Shown here one piece after another: positions 38,006-50,198 of a DNA stretch of 64,000 nt. The DNA is from Octopus sinensis (taxonomy: Eukaryota). The stretch lies in contig NC_043011.1 in NCBI RefSeq assembly GCF_006345805.1, positions 25,990,464 through 26,054,463 on the forward strand, in the 5' to 3' direction. The position numbers were made by a program, and so were the translations under genes. Below the pieces are notes generated by a model. The model was given only the letters and a program-made list of their open reading frames with translations. It had not been told where the DNA came from and did no database searches. Every line of letters begins with the position of its first letter. The stretch's first letter is position 1.

Positions 38006-38410
38006 CCTGACAAGCTTCATTAGTTTTCCAGGCTCTGGTCAGCTGGAAGCTATAACAGAACACCCTTACCCAAGGTGCCACGCAATGGGACTGAATCCAA
38101 AACCTTGTGCTTAGGAAGCAAGCTTCTTACCACAAAGCCATGCCTGCACCTATGGATGGATGGACGGATGGACAGACGGATGGATAGATGGATGGACAGA
38201 TGGATCAATGGATCGATTGATGAGTTGGTGAAGAAATGGATGACAGGACATTGGTGGGTGGATGGGTGGGAGAGCAGATGGATTGAAGGATAGATAGGTA
38301 GTCAAATAGATGGTAGGATAGATGAATGGGTGGATAGATGGATGGATGTCTGAGTAGCTGAAATGATGGATTAATGAATGGATAAGTGGGTGGATAGAGA
38401 GAGGGATTGG
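37050..38410. repeat. degenerate (GATG)n satellite interrupted by a minus-strand SINE A (about 37625-38140)
   Basis: GGAT/GATA repeats on both sides of a family A reverse copy. Confidence 0.8.
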
Positions 38411-38876
38411 TCAGTATGTGGATTATTGGTGTCTGTATTATGGACACACTACATGTGTGTCATTGATGGTAGATGGTACAAGATCATCATCATCATCATT
38501 ATTATCAAACATCTATTTTCCATGCTGGCATGGATTGGACAGCTTAACAGGAACTGACAAGGTCAGTGGCTGCACCAGGTTTCAGAGTGTTTTGGCTTGG
38601 TTTCATGTGGCTGGATGCCCTTCCTAATACCAACAACTTTAGAGAGTGTACTGGGTGCTTTTTTATATGGCACGAGCACCAATGCTTGTGTAAACTGTTT
38701 AAACCAAGTCTGGATATAAACTTAAATGACCCTTATAATGTAGGACCCCAAAGTTATTTTTCCTTCTTCCCCTTTATCATGTGTCATGGGTTCAGTCCCA
38801 CCTTGGGCTAGTGTCTTCTACTACAGCTCTGAGCCATCTTGTGAATGAATTGTGTTATATATATATATACGCACAA

Positions 38877-38916
<40 letters not shown>

Positions 38917-39194
38917 ACACATACACACACACACATATATGTGTGTGTATATATTATGGACTCTCCCATCATTAGATGACGTATGAGGGTTGGACAATTT
39001 CTTACTGAACAACCACACAGATGATTCGTTTATAGTGATCAAATGTTTGTGTGGATGTAAACCATGAATTTTATTTAAACATAAGCAATATGTGAGATCA
39101 CTATATGGATCCCTTGTTTGACATCTATTTTTAGCATACAAGGGATCCATATAGTGATCTCTCATATTGTTTATGTATATATATATATATATAT

Positions 39195-39424
39195 ATATAT
39201 TTCTTTACTATCCACAAGGGGCTAAACATAGAGGAGACAAACAAGGACAGACAAACGGATTAAGCCGATTACATCGCCCCCAGTGCGAAACTGGTACTGT
39301 ATTTATCGACCCCGAAAGGATGAAAGGCAAAGTCTACCACGGCGGAATTTGAACTCAGAACGTAACGTCAGACGAAATACCTCTAAGCATTTCGCCCATC
39401 GCGCTAAACGTTACTGCCAGCTCG

Positions 39425-39427
<3 letters not shown>
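39195..39427 (-). mobile_element. SINE family B (alternative tail)
   Basis: Near-identical to 59459-59689. Confidence 0.85.
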
Positions 39428-39515
<88 letters not shown>

Positions 39516-39533
39516 AATGCACACATATACTTT

Positions 39534-39697
39534 TTATTTATTAAGCTGCAAAAACATGACAAAAATATAAAAAACTGCTACTCGGAGTTTCACATTCCCA
39601 TTCATTGGACAATTTTGATTGTCAGACAGAGACATGAAACTCTGAGTAGCAGTTTTTTGTGATATTTTTGTAATGTTTTTGCAGCTTTAATAATAAA
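39534..39697. repeat. imperfect fold-back element with hammerhead 3' half in each arm
   Basis: Arms about 39534-39592 and 39635-39697; GAAACTC(T/C)GAGTA-GCAG on both strands. Confidence 0.8.
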
Positions 39698-39764
39698 GCA
39701 TATTACTCTGCCTCTGGTATTCGAGTACTATTTCTTTTCCACCTTGTTTCACATTTATGTGCTT

Positions 39765-39818
<54 letters not shown>

Positions 39819-40314
39819 TTAGCTCAGTGTGTCAAAATTTTTATTTCTTCATTCAAGTGTCACAAGTGCAAGTATACTTGTGACACTTCAATAACAGGTT
39901 TATTAAAGAAATTAAAATTTCAACACACTGAGCTAAAAAAAAATGTTTGCTAATACAGCTTTAGGCAAAAGACAGTTTCCAATAGAAACAACAGCTTGAC
40001 TATTGAATGAACATTCAGTTGACTCGTAGAATGCCTGATAAGTGTCAAGCTACTGTTTGATCAAATGAAATATCTATCTGAATGATTAACTTATACTTAT
40101 CATTTAGATAGTGAATTGATAGATTCATGAGAACATCAGATAGAATGTTTCACTGTACATGTTCTGACTCACAGCATTTCAAGTTCAAATCCCATCAAGG
40201 TGGATTTGCCAATTATACCTGTTATCTTTTCTTGGTGTCAGAGGTCAATAAAAACAACTACCAATCTAGGGCAAGTGGATTGGCAGAATTGTTAGAGTGT
40301 CAGATGAGTTTATC

Positions 40315-40760
40315 ATCATCATCATTGTTTAATATCCACCTTCCATGCTGGCATGGGTAGGATGGTTTGATAGGAGCCAGCCAGGTACAAGACTACCCTA
40401 GACTACTGTTTGTTTTGGCATGATTTTTACAGCAGGATGCCCTTCCTAACACCAACTGCCCTGCAGAGTGGACTGAGTGATTTTTATGTGGCACCAGCAC
40501 AGGCGAGGTCAGTTTTGGCATAGTTTTTACATGGCACCAACACTGGCAGGGTCACCAAGTAACTTGCAAGACAAGGAATTTTGAGAGGGGTGGGAGTATT
40601 GGAGGAGGTGATCTTGTATCAGATGATGAAAGGTTAGAGTGTGCCAGAGAGACGGTGAGGTAATTGTTCCAGCTCTTTGCTTTCTGGTGATAACATCTGA
40701 GAATGACTGTGATGTATGGAACTTACTTTTCATTCTGACATCATCAGTGACATAGAGAGG
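40315..40760 (-). mobile_element. retroposon family C, extended copy
   Basis: (CAT)n tail, GGATGCCCTTCCTAAC core and the same upstream extension as 15690-15980. Confidence 0.7.
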
Positions 40761-42579
40761 GAAGACTTGCATGCATAGACAGTTGCAAGGCTTCCATATA
40801 CAAACAAAAAAAACTTGCCCAAGCTTGTGACTTAAAGAGGAACTTTTCAGGTTCAGAAATACATGGTCAGTCATAACCACATAACCAAACGAAGTCTAAA
40901 TACTAGTCAACAGCAGCATGTTTTTTCAATCCTAGGTCTGCTTGATCAGAGCTGACCTGGGGCTAAACATTTTTTTAAATATTTTTTCGTTATGAATTTC
41001 AGTTAATGCAAGTCATGGAATGTTTTTCAAATGTTAATTTTCCATCTATGGTCACAGGTTCTATAGATGATTGCAGTGTCAGTCAAACTGATAGGTTTCC
41101 CAGACTAAGTTTCACAAAAGTAATTTCTTAAGCAAAATAGGAAGAAATCCATACACAAAGTATTTTATGTCTTGCCTTCCATTCTCTATCACCATTCTGC
41201 ATCCCAATGATAGAGGCATTTCTGCTCTTTTCAGCAAGGTGGCTGAAGAGTGTAATGCCTTGCCAAAGGGCAACTTGTGATCTTGTCCAGGATTACTTAT
41301 TGAATATTCACAACCTGTATGTCTGTAGGTCATTCATCTATCTGTAAACTGGAGACCCAATGGATGGGAGTTCTCATTACCACCCTATTAAGTGAACGTC
41401 ACTTTCGGTTTAAGAACACTTATATCTATCAGCTGACAGTCTTCAATTTACAAACATTTAATGATGGACAATAAAGTGAAATACACTGGGAAGGAAGTGC
41501 AATGAATGAAAGTGAAACAAAGTCATGTAATCATTTGTAATCAATCATCATTGATGAGAAATCGAAATGAATTTTTTTTTGTTTTTGCTTTTTCTGCAGT
41601 GAAACTGAAAGTTTGCATTTATGTTACGCAAAGTGCAGCTCCAATTTGAAGCCTGAACTCTTGTCCACTGGCCAGTTTTCAACTGAGTCATGAACTTCAG
41701 CTTTAAATGTGCTTTTTATGTGTTATGAGGAGTCGGCCAATTATGACCATCTGTCACTCCTCCAGTTGGCACATAAATCAATGGTGTCCACTGCCAAAGT
41801 ATTGATATACAAAAACAAAACAAAAAAACAACACTGGATTTTACAATTATCATTTTCTTACATCAAGTACATCTCTGTTTCATTTTATGGTCGATTATTA
41901 ACCGTTATGATTTTCCTCCACTTTCTCTTATTGCCCTTCTGTTTGGTTTGTTTCATTTAATTATCTGCCATTATATGTTCATAATGCAAAAGATCACTAG
42001 TCAGACTTTCTAATAGCAAGGAATATATTTGCTATAACACCGTTTCTTTTACAAACCTTCTCTTCTCCTAATAACAGAAATTTACTAGTTACGATATATT
42101 TCAATGTAGTTACAGGTACACTGCAGATCGCGGGGTAATCTGTTGATATTAGAAAACGATGTCATTTACCTACACAATGTTCCCTCATGACATAGATAGA
42201 AATGCTAGGCTGAAAAGGTGAATGACATCATCTACTAATATCAAAAGATTGCTGACCGCAAGATGTTCTGAATGGCACACCTAACCAGAAATTAGTTTGA
42301 TTTTTTTTTTTTAATAATGGTTCTCGAGAAAGGTTATTATACATGTCGGTTGTTTTAAGGTGTGTCAAATGTGTAACAATTGTACCTGTAATCTGAAGAG
42401 TCCAGTGTAGTCACACTGATTCTGCCTGAGAATTACATTTAAGGATACTCTGTCTGTGTAACATTCGTCCACACATATGCTAATTCAATAAGCAAGCAAT
42501 TCAATTCATTAAACAACTGAAAATTTATTGTTGAAACCAATGGAAATCCATGCAAGCATATGCACGTATTTATGTATGT

Positions 42580-43489
42580 AGGCGTGGTTGCGCAGAAAGA
42601 AGTTTGCTTCCCAACCACATGGTTCCGGGTTTAATCTGTGGTATCTTGGGCAAGTGACTTCTAAAGCCTCAGGCCGACCAAAGTCAGTTTGATGGTGGAG
42701 GCGCAATGGCTCAGTGGTTAGGGCAGTGGACTCGCGGTCGTAGGATCGCGGTTTTGATTCCCAGACCGGGCGTTGTGAGTGTTTATTGAGCGAAAACACC
42801 TAAAAGCTCCACGAGGCTCCGGCAGGGATGGTGGTGATCCCTGCTGTACTCTTTCACCACAACTTTCTCTCACTCTTACTTCCTGTTTCTGTTGTACCTG
42901 TATTTCAAAGGGCCGGCCTTGTAACTCTCTGTGTCACGCTGAATATCCCACGTGTCTGTGGAGTGCTCAGCTACTTACACGTTAATTTCATAGGCAGGCT
43001 GTTCCGCTGATCTGATCAACCGAAACCCTCGTCGTCGTAACCAACGGAGTGCTTCCTTCCCCTTTTTTCCTGAGTCAGTTTGATAGACGGAGATTGAAAG
43101 AAGCCTGTCGTCATCATCATTGTTTAACGTCTGCTTTCCATGCTAGCATGGGTTGGACGATTTTGACGGAGGACTGGCGAACCAGATGGTTGCACCAGGC
43201 TCCAATCTTGATTTGGCAGAGTTTCTACAGCTGGATGCCCTCCCTAACGCCAACCACTCCAAGAGTGTAGTGGGTTCTTTTTACGTGCCACCGGCACAGG
43301 GGCCAGTCACGCAGTACTGGCAACGAACCTCGCTCGAATCCTTTTACACATGCCACACACAGGCACAGTGTGCAAGTGACTTCTACTATAGCCTTGGGCT
43401 GACCAAAGCCTTCTGAGTGAATTTGGTAGGCAGAAACTGAAAGAAGTGCAGCATATATCTATCTATATATATATATATATTATATATAT

Positions 43490-43542
<53 letters not shown>

Positions 43543-43723
43543 TACATATATATATAATACAAATAAGAAAATGGAGAAACAATTTAGTTGTGTTCATAAA
43601 CTTACGGATATTATAATTTTAGATTATTTATTCATTTTACAAATGAGAACATCAAAAGCATACAAAATATTATATAAATCAATAGATAAGATAATAATAC
43701 AAATACATATATGTATGTATATA

Positions 43724-43764
<41 letters not shown>

Positions 43765-43950
43765 CCCTGCTATCACTTGACAACCAGAGTTGGTATGTAT
43801 TTCTCTCTGTAAGTCAGCATTCAGCAAAAGTAACCAATAGAATAAGTATAGGATTGCAAACATGAAGTCTTGGGGTCGATTTCTTCAACTAAAACCCTTT
43901 AAGACAGTGCTCCAGCATGGTCGCAGTCAAATGAGTGAAACAAGTAAAAG
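42580..43950 (+). mobile_element. nested SINE A composite containing SINE D (42694-43072) and family C (43110-43360)
   Basis: AGTCAGTTTGAT duplicated at 42682-42693 and 43073-43084 around the SINE D; A box TGGCTCAGTGG and B box GGTTTTGATTCCC in its head. Confidence 0.8.
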
Positions 43951-44407
43951 AATATGTGGTGTGTGTGGGGGGGTCATTGAGTCTGTGTCCCCCACTATTG
44001 CTTGGCAACCGGTGTTGGTGTGTTTACATCCCTGTATGTTAGTGGTGCGGCAAAGAGACTAATAGAATGTGTACCAGGCTTTAGAAATTTGCATGAATGC
44101 AAATTTAATGTACAAAATTGTAATTAAATTATTGAGCATTAATTGAAACGGCTGTAAGAAGCGAAGATGACCAGTTTGTTAATAATAACTTATTAACTTC
44201 CTTATCTCCATTTTCTTTTCTTTTTTTAACTGGATATAAACTATATGCTTAATATATTCCTATTGTTTTAAGGGAATTTCATTCCCAACAATACTAGGCA
44301 TTGAACCAGCATTTCTTTGGATGTAACCATCCCTTCACAAGGTTAACATATCCTCTAATTAAATTATATATACACATATGTGTATGTGTGTGTGTATATA
44401 TATATAA

Positions 44408-44790
44408 GGCACAGGAGTGGCTGTGTGGTAAGTAGCTTGCTAACCAACCACATGGTTCAGGGTTCAGTCCCACTGCGTGGCATCTTGGGCAAGTGTCTTC
44501 TGCTATAGCCCCGGGCCGACTAATGCCTTGTGAGTGGATTTGGTAGACGGAAACTGAAAGAAGCCTGTCGTATATATATGTATATATATATATATGCGTG
44601 TGTGTTTGTGTGTCTGTGTTTGTCCCCCTAGCATTGCTTGACAACCGATGCTGGTGTGTTTACGTCTCCGTCACTTAGCGGTTCGGCAAAAAAAAGACTT
44701 ACAAAGAATAAGTCCCGGGGTCGATTTGCTCGACTAGAAGCGGTGCTCCAGCATGGCCGCAGTCAAATGACTGAAACAAGTAAAAGAGTA
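44408..44790 (+). mobile_element. SINE family A, same subfamily as 21476-21895, small internal deletion
   Basis: Shared diagnostics GGCATCTTGGG and CTGCTATAGCCCC; lacks GACCGATAGAATAAGTAC segment. Confidence 0.85.
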
Positions 44791-45644
44791 TATACTATGC
44801 TTTACTTGTTTCAGTCGTTAGACTATATTGTGTCATATATATATATGACATAATGCATGAGTGACACGATGTGTATATGAAGAAAAACGAATGAGTGTGT
44901 ATGAGAGAACATGTATGTATAAGATGATTTTGTCACATACATATATAAACGTGACAAGATGGGCACTGTGAGGGTAGGTAAGAAGTTATTTGCGAGACAG
45001 ATGATGCGTGCATGGTACGAAATGTAAGCTGTTGAACCAACTGCAAGTCAACTCTGATTGATCAGACCGAAGATCAAAGAAGGTCATTCTAACTGTGTCC
45101 ATCCAGCTTATTAAGCGTACGCATGATTAAGATTTTCAAATGTGTCCTTCTATTTAGGATAATAGAGTGTGGTTTGAGTGGGGGGACCTGTCTGCTGTTT
45201 CTGGCAGCTGGAGCAAACTCCATACAGTGGGTCCCTCATGAAGAGTAAATATGAATTTAAAATATGTGGGACATATGTGTATGTGGGACATGAATGTGTA
45301 TGTGTGTGTGTGTGTGTGACATGATGTCTGTATGAAAATGAGTAAATGTGTTGTGCTGGGGAGTACTTAATAGATTAAAGGTTTGTGTGTATGTGTGTGA
45401 GTGTGAGTGTGTGTGTGTGGTGTGTGTGTGTGTGGTGTGTGTGTGACGACGACGCATGTTTGAAGGAAGACAAAGTATATTTATATGCATCTGAATGTAC
45501 GTATGTGTGACGTGATGCGTGTGTGAAGATGGATGAATAAACGCATGTATGTTTTAAAAAAAATTAAATACGTCTGTATGCGTATGTGTATATACGTGTG
45601 TGTGTATGTGTGTGTGGCGCGTGTGTGTGTGCACGTGCGCGTGT

Positions 45645-45689
<45 letters not shown>

Positions 45690-45968
45690 CGTGTGTGTGG
45701 TGTGTGCGTGCGTGCGTGTGTAGAAAGAAGCAGAATGACTCGAGAGACACATTCTACATACCAGAATAGATTACAAACGATGGGTTTTTTTTTTTTTTTA
45801 TCCAGATGAAAATTGTCGCCTGTTGCTCTCAGATTTCCAATTTACAAAAGACCCAATCTTAATAGTCCGACACTAAAAACCGAAACGAAACGCCGACAAA
45901 AAATCACAACCAGACTAGAGAACAGTACAATATCACCACTGTTATTGTTGTTCTTGATTGTGTTCACG

Positions 45969-46055
45969 ATGGCGTTGAAGATTAATACTGTTGCAGTTAT
46001 TCTTGTCGTTAGTGTCTTGTTGTTATCAATCTTTGTCCAAATAGCGATTGCAGCA
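45969..46055 (+). CDS. candidate signal-peptide coding start of a secreted protein or peptide precursor (MALKINTVAVILVVSVLLLSIFVQIAIAA)
   Basis: Strong acceptor T15-ATCCAG/ at 45805, in-frame stop at 45807-45809, ATG in ACGATGG context, basic N-region, hydrophobic core, small-residue C-region; donor uncertain (46057, 46108 or 46110). Confidence 0.45.
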
Positions 46056-46363
46056 TGTATTACAATCACCATAGCAACCAACACCTTCCCTTCAATCCCC
46101 CTCCAATGTGTATGTGGTTTTTAAATGTATGTGTGTGTATCTGTGCATGTGCATCTATTTGTTGAAGATTCAGTGAGTTTATTTATTTTGTTTTTGCTTT
46201 ACTTTTCATTTTATTTTTTCCTCACCAAAAGAATGGTGTGTAAAAACCTATCAACACCCAACGATCTTTTACCCTCTTCCTTTGCAATTTACAATCTCCC
46301 ACGCATCCGTAAAACTTTGTATTTCTGATAATTTTGTCGTCTCAATGTCATTACCATTTAGCT

Positions 46364-47081
46364 TGGTATGGTTCGACTTTACTTTTCTCTGAACTTCTAT
46401 GAAATCGTAGTTTCTTCATTTTCACAAAAGAGTACTAGAACTCTAGTCTCCGCGAATGATTCGCCTTTCTATTCCTTGACATTGCTCGTCCATCTTTTCC
46501 GATAGCTGTCATCTCTTTGGCTTCTCCATGCTTAATGTGAAGAAAGATCGGATCTTTGCTAGGCCACAGGGTTTCTCTTAGCCATACTTTTATATCTCAT
46601 TTGTTCACGGGAGTTAGAGCGATGTGTCGCTGGATGGCCTCGTGGACCTGCCTAAATGTGATAACATCTAATTTTCAGTTACCGTATCTTTTCCTATATT
46701 TCCGCAATGAGATTATGAGATTCCATGTCTCGCGTACATAAAGATGAATGTTGTTACATAAAGCACGTAGGAGTCTGGTTTTACTCTTCGTGGTGATGTT
46801 TCTATCTCTTTATGATAACTCGAGTTTGACTACCGCAATTATTAATTGTTTATGTGGTGCTTGCAAGGATTTCTGATCTTGATCCTTTGTCATTAATAAT
46901 TGCCTTCAGGTATTTGAACAATGCTTTTGAAGACCAGCTGAACACAGTCACAGTCACAGTGAAGGACATCGCAAATGTTAAATTTGCTGACGACTTCGAC
47001 AGATTGATAGGAATGGAGAACGAATTACTTGAATTAATCAGCCATCTTGATAGAGTCTCTAACAAATTTTGGATGGAAATT
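46364..47081 (-). mobile_element. 5'-truncated, 5'-inverted RTE LINE
   Basis: Plus 46917-47081 encodes NAFED..NVKFADDFD..MEI; minus 46918 downward encodes FKYLKAIINDKGSRSEIL..RDRNITTKSKTRLLRAL; candidate TSD ATTACCATTTAGCT 46350-46363 / ATTATCATTTAGTT 47082-47095. Confidence 0.7.
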
Positions 47082-47482
47082 ATTATCATTTAGTTCTCGT
47101 TTAAGAAACTGCTGAAGATGAAACGAAACCGACGCCTTTTGGTCGAAAATGTTTGAATAGTTTGTTATAAGTAAAGCATTCACTATCTTGCTGAACAGAG
47201 ATCTGACGTTTTGTGACATAAATATGTTTTTGTGTAGAATACATTACGTGTGTGAGTGGGCGCGCGCGTGGGTGTATGTGGGCGCTAGCGTGCGTGTTTG
47301 CTGTAGTTGCGATATGTTTGTAAGAGGTATTATATACACAATAGTGCTATGAACCAACTAGAAGCAAACTCATTACCATTGATAGGATAAGTATTTAATA
47401 TGCAAGGCTATATAAATTCTCATGCGGCTGATCGTACATGGATACTGATAAACACAATTCGAGGGAGTGTAATATGATATTC

Positions 47483-47525
<43 letters not shown>

Positions 47526-47535
47526 CCTCCATCCA

Positions 47536-47626
47536 GTTTGTGAGCTTGGAACCTAACGGATGACCATTATAGCACTTACATAGCGTATCTATTCGTTTAG
47601 ATCATCAGTGAACTAAATCCCCCATA

Positions 47627-47657
<31 letters not shown>

Positions 47658-47667
47658 TTATCTATCT

Positions 47668-47744
<77 letters not shown>

Positions 47745-47997
47745 TATGTCTGTGTGTGTGTCTGTGTGTGTGTATATATATATATAAAGAGAGAGAGAGA
47801 GAGGAGTATGGGGGATTTAGTTCACTGATGATCTAAACGAATAGATACGCTGTGTAAGTGCTATAATTGGTCATCCGTTAGGTTCCAAGCTCACAACTGA
47901 GGCTGGAGCTAGGAATCTGTGGTACACTTCCGAGTTAGAGGGAAAAGGAGAGCAAAAACCAAGGCATGACGAGTATCTGAAGTCATTTAGAATATTT
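47536..47997. mobile_element. two 3' ends of the 22800-23990 element family, tail-to-tail around a (CT)n(TA)n(GA)n tract
   Basis: 47536-47640 is nearly the exact reverse complement of 47788-47897; right copy matches 22800-22990. Confidence 0.75.
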
Positions 47998-48252
47998 AGA
48001 GTAAAATCTTTATTATGATCAAACTGATCGTACAGAGAAAAGGACATTACAAGACAAACAAATACAAAAATGTTAAATGAGTTCGAATGAGCATTATGTT
48101 AAAAATTTACTTAAAAAACAGTTTATATAACGATTAATTTTTCCTTTAACTAGAACTTTAAAAAAAAACCCAAAAGAAAACGAATAAAAGTTCAAAAGAT
48201 CGAACCCGGCAGCCTATAAGGCCCAGCAACTATCTTTTCCTTTCATCAATGA

Positions 48253-48765
48253 CTAGCAGTATCGCCCGGCGTTGCTCGGGTTTGTAAGGGAAATAACTAT
48301 ATAAGCATTTTTAGAGAGTTACTTCCCTTATAGATGCCAATTCGGGCTTTCTTAGCCATTTCTGTTTTGGTGTCTTCAAGCCATGAAGTCGTTGTTCTAA
48401 AAGAACGCTGGTCTCCTTGACAACGCTTTACGACGTTGATTTCCTTAAACTCCCTTCCCCACAGCTTCACGAGGGAGGGAAGAAGGGGGAGAAGCAAACA
48501 GGTGCAGGTGTGAGCATGGACGCCAACTCCGCCGCCATCGACACACGAAAAATTATGCATTAAAATGGAATAAAAAATGATGTTAAATTATTTTTTAAAT
48601 CGTAGACTCATCGTAGACGCGCGCTAATAGCCAGACGGGCTTGATATTAATCACGACTATAAGATACCCGAATTTGGTTAAACTGCACCGCAAAATGTGG
48701 GAGGGGTTAGGAATCTAAATCGTAGGAGACAGACACTCACACAACTACAGTTTTATATATATAGA
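48253..48765 (-). mobile_element. complete non-autonomous Helitron
   Basis: 5' TC (48765-48764), subterminal hairpin CCCGAGCAACGCCGGG (48280-48265), 3' CTAG, inserted between A (48766) and T (48252), no TSD. Confidence 0.85.
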
Positions 48766-48789
48766 TTAAGCTGAGTTACTGACACCCAT

Positions 48790-49030
48790 CTTTCTCATCA
48801 CATCCTTCCATCATTTCTCGTATTCACTCGGTGGCTGGGTCCTCCTCTCCAACCCCATCTTGCTCTTCAGATGGTGTCTGAAGTAAGACAGCAAACCGGG
48901 GCCAGAGATGAAGGACCCTGTCACAGAACCTTCCATTCTAGTCCTCCAAACACACTCTTTCAGTACTTCAACCGTACAGTAAAAACAAGCCTTACCTTCC
49001 TTTGAGAGTTCAGTTGGCGGTATCATCTTT
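48790..49030 (-). mobile_element. L1/Tx1-like LINE C-terminal fragment
   Basis: VLKECVWRTRMEG..ISGPGLLSYFRHHLKSKMGLERR resembles Tx1-type ORF2 ends as I recall them. Confidence 0.4.
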
Positions 49031-49120
49031 ATTATAGATCCAACCGTCAGCTGTACTCGTCCCTAGAATATTTAGAGTAAGGTGAGTTATTCACATTACA
49101 CTAATTAAATATTCTTTTTC

Positions 49121-49151
<31 letters not shown>

Positions 49152-49845
49152 TATCCGCGCCTTGCTTTGAGAATATCAGGATTAACACACACAGTTAACG
49201 TAAAAAATATCTAGAATTCTTTGTCTAATCTTTCTTTAACTACAATTTACGTTCTTTTTCTTTTATGCATTTCATACGAGATGAGTTGATTATAACTCTG
49301 ACACTGACGAAAATTTCTGTTTATGTTATACAGTTAATTAATATTAATTAAAATATTAATCAAAATGCAAATTTCGCAGATATCTTTTTTTAAAAAGTTG
49401 GCTTTTTATCTAAAAAAAAAAATATATATATATATCGAATTTTTACGACGTTATAACTAAAATTAAAATCTTTAGAAAAAACAAAAAAAGAAATACACCT
49501 TACATGCTAAAATAGGTCCATCTTAAATTTATAATACCTGTTGTTCTCAGTTTTCCCTAATCATAAATATCACAAACGAAAACGTTCATTTTAGGGGTTT
49601 TATTTAGGGGCTTTGTTATAACCAAGGAATTCGTAGTTTGTCATCTCAAGAAAGAAATTTTGAAAAATATAGAAAATGCTTTTATGGTTCTGTCTCGTCT
49701 TTAAACCAACTGATGAAAGCAATAAACATGTACCGTACTTATCCAACCACCCTTGCGAAGCATATTCTACTGCCGATAATCATATTCATTGCCTCATCAT
49801 TCCCTCTAATTCTGTATGTCTTTATCGCCTTTAGCATTGCTAAGT

Positions 49846-49900
49846 GAGCAAATTTAATTCGCTGATGAGGTCAAGTTAGATCAAAATATGTCCATTGCTC
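49846..49900 (+). ncRNA. decayed hammerhead-like motif
   Basis: CTGATGA-GGTC aagtta GATC-AAAA-TATGTC; needs G12 and C15.2 restored to give GAAACATGTC; stem I poor. Confidence 0.3.
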
Positions 49901-50006
49901 TTTCATCAACTGGTTTGATAAGCAGATCGTCTCTGATAATGCATTTTCTTGTTTTTCAAACAAAATCTCTCTTCTCCATATATATATCTATAATATATAT
50001 ATATAT

Positions 50007-50039
<33 letters not shown>

Positions 50040-50087
50040 ATATATATATATATATATTATATATAAATAATTTATATATATATATAA

Positions 50088-50118
<31 letters not shown>

Positions 50119-50198
50119 ATTATATATATATATATCATATAATAAATATATATATATATCATTATTTATATGTATATATATATATATATATATAATAA

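Noticed and set aside
42697-42775. tRNA genes at SINE heads (also 63065, 58300-58375, 51335)
   Set aside because: A and B boxes are present but they run directly into SINE bodies and do not close a cloverleaf acceptor stem
47821-47860. TTCA-CTGATGA-TCTA..TAGA as a hammerhead
   Set aside because: No GAAA after the stem, no stem I partner, and it lies on the antisense strand relative to the family ribozyme at 23802
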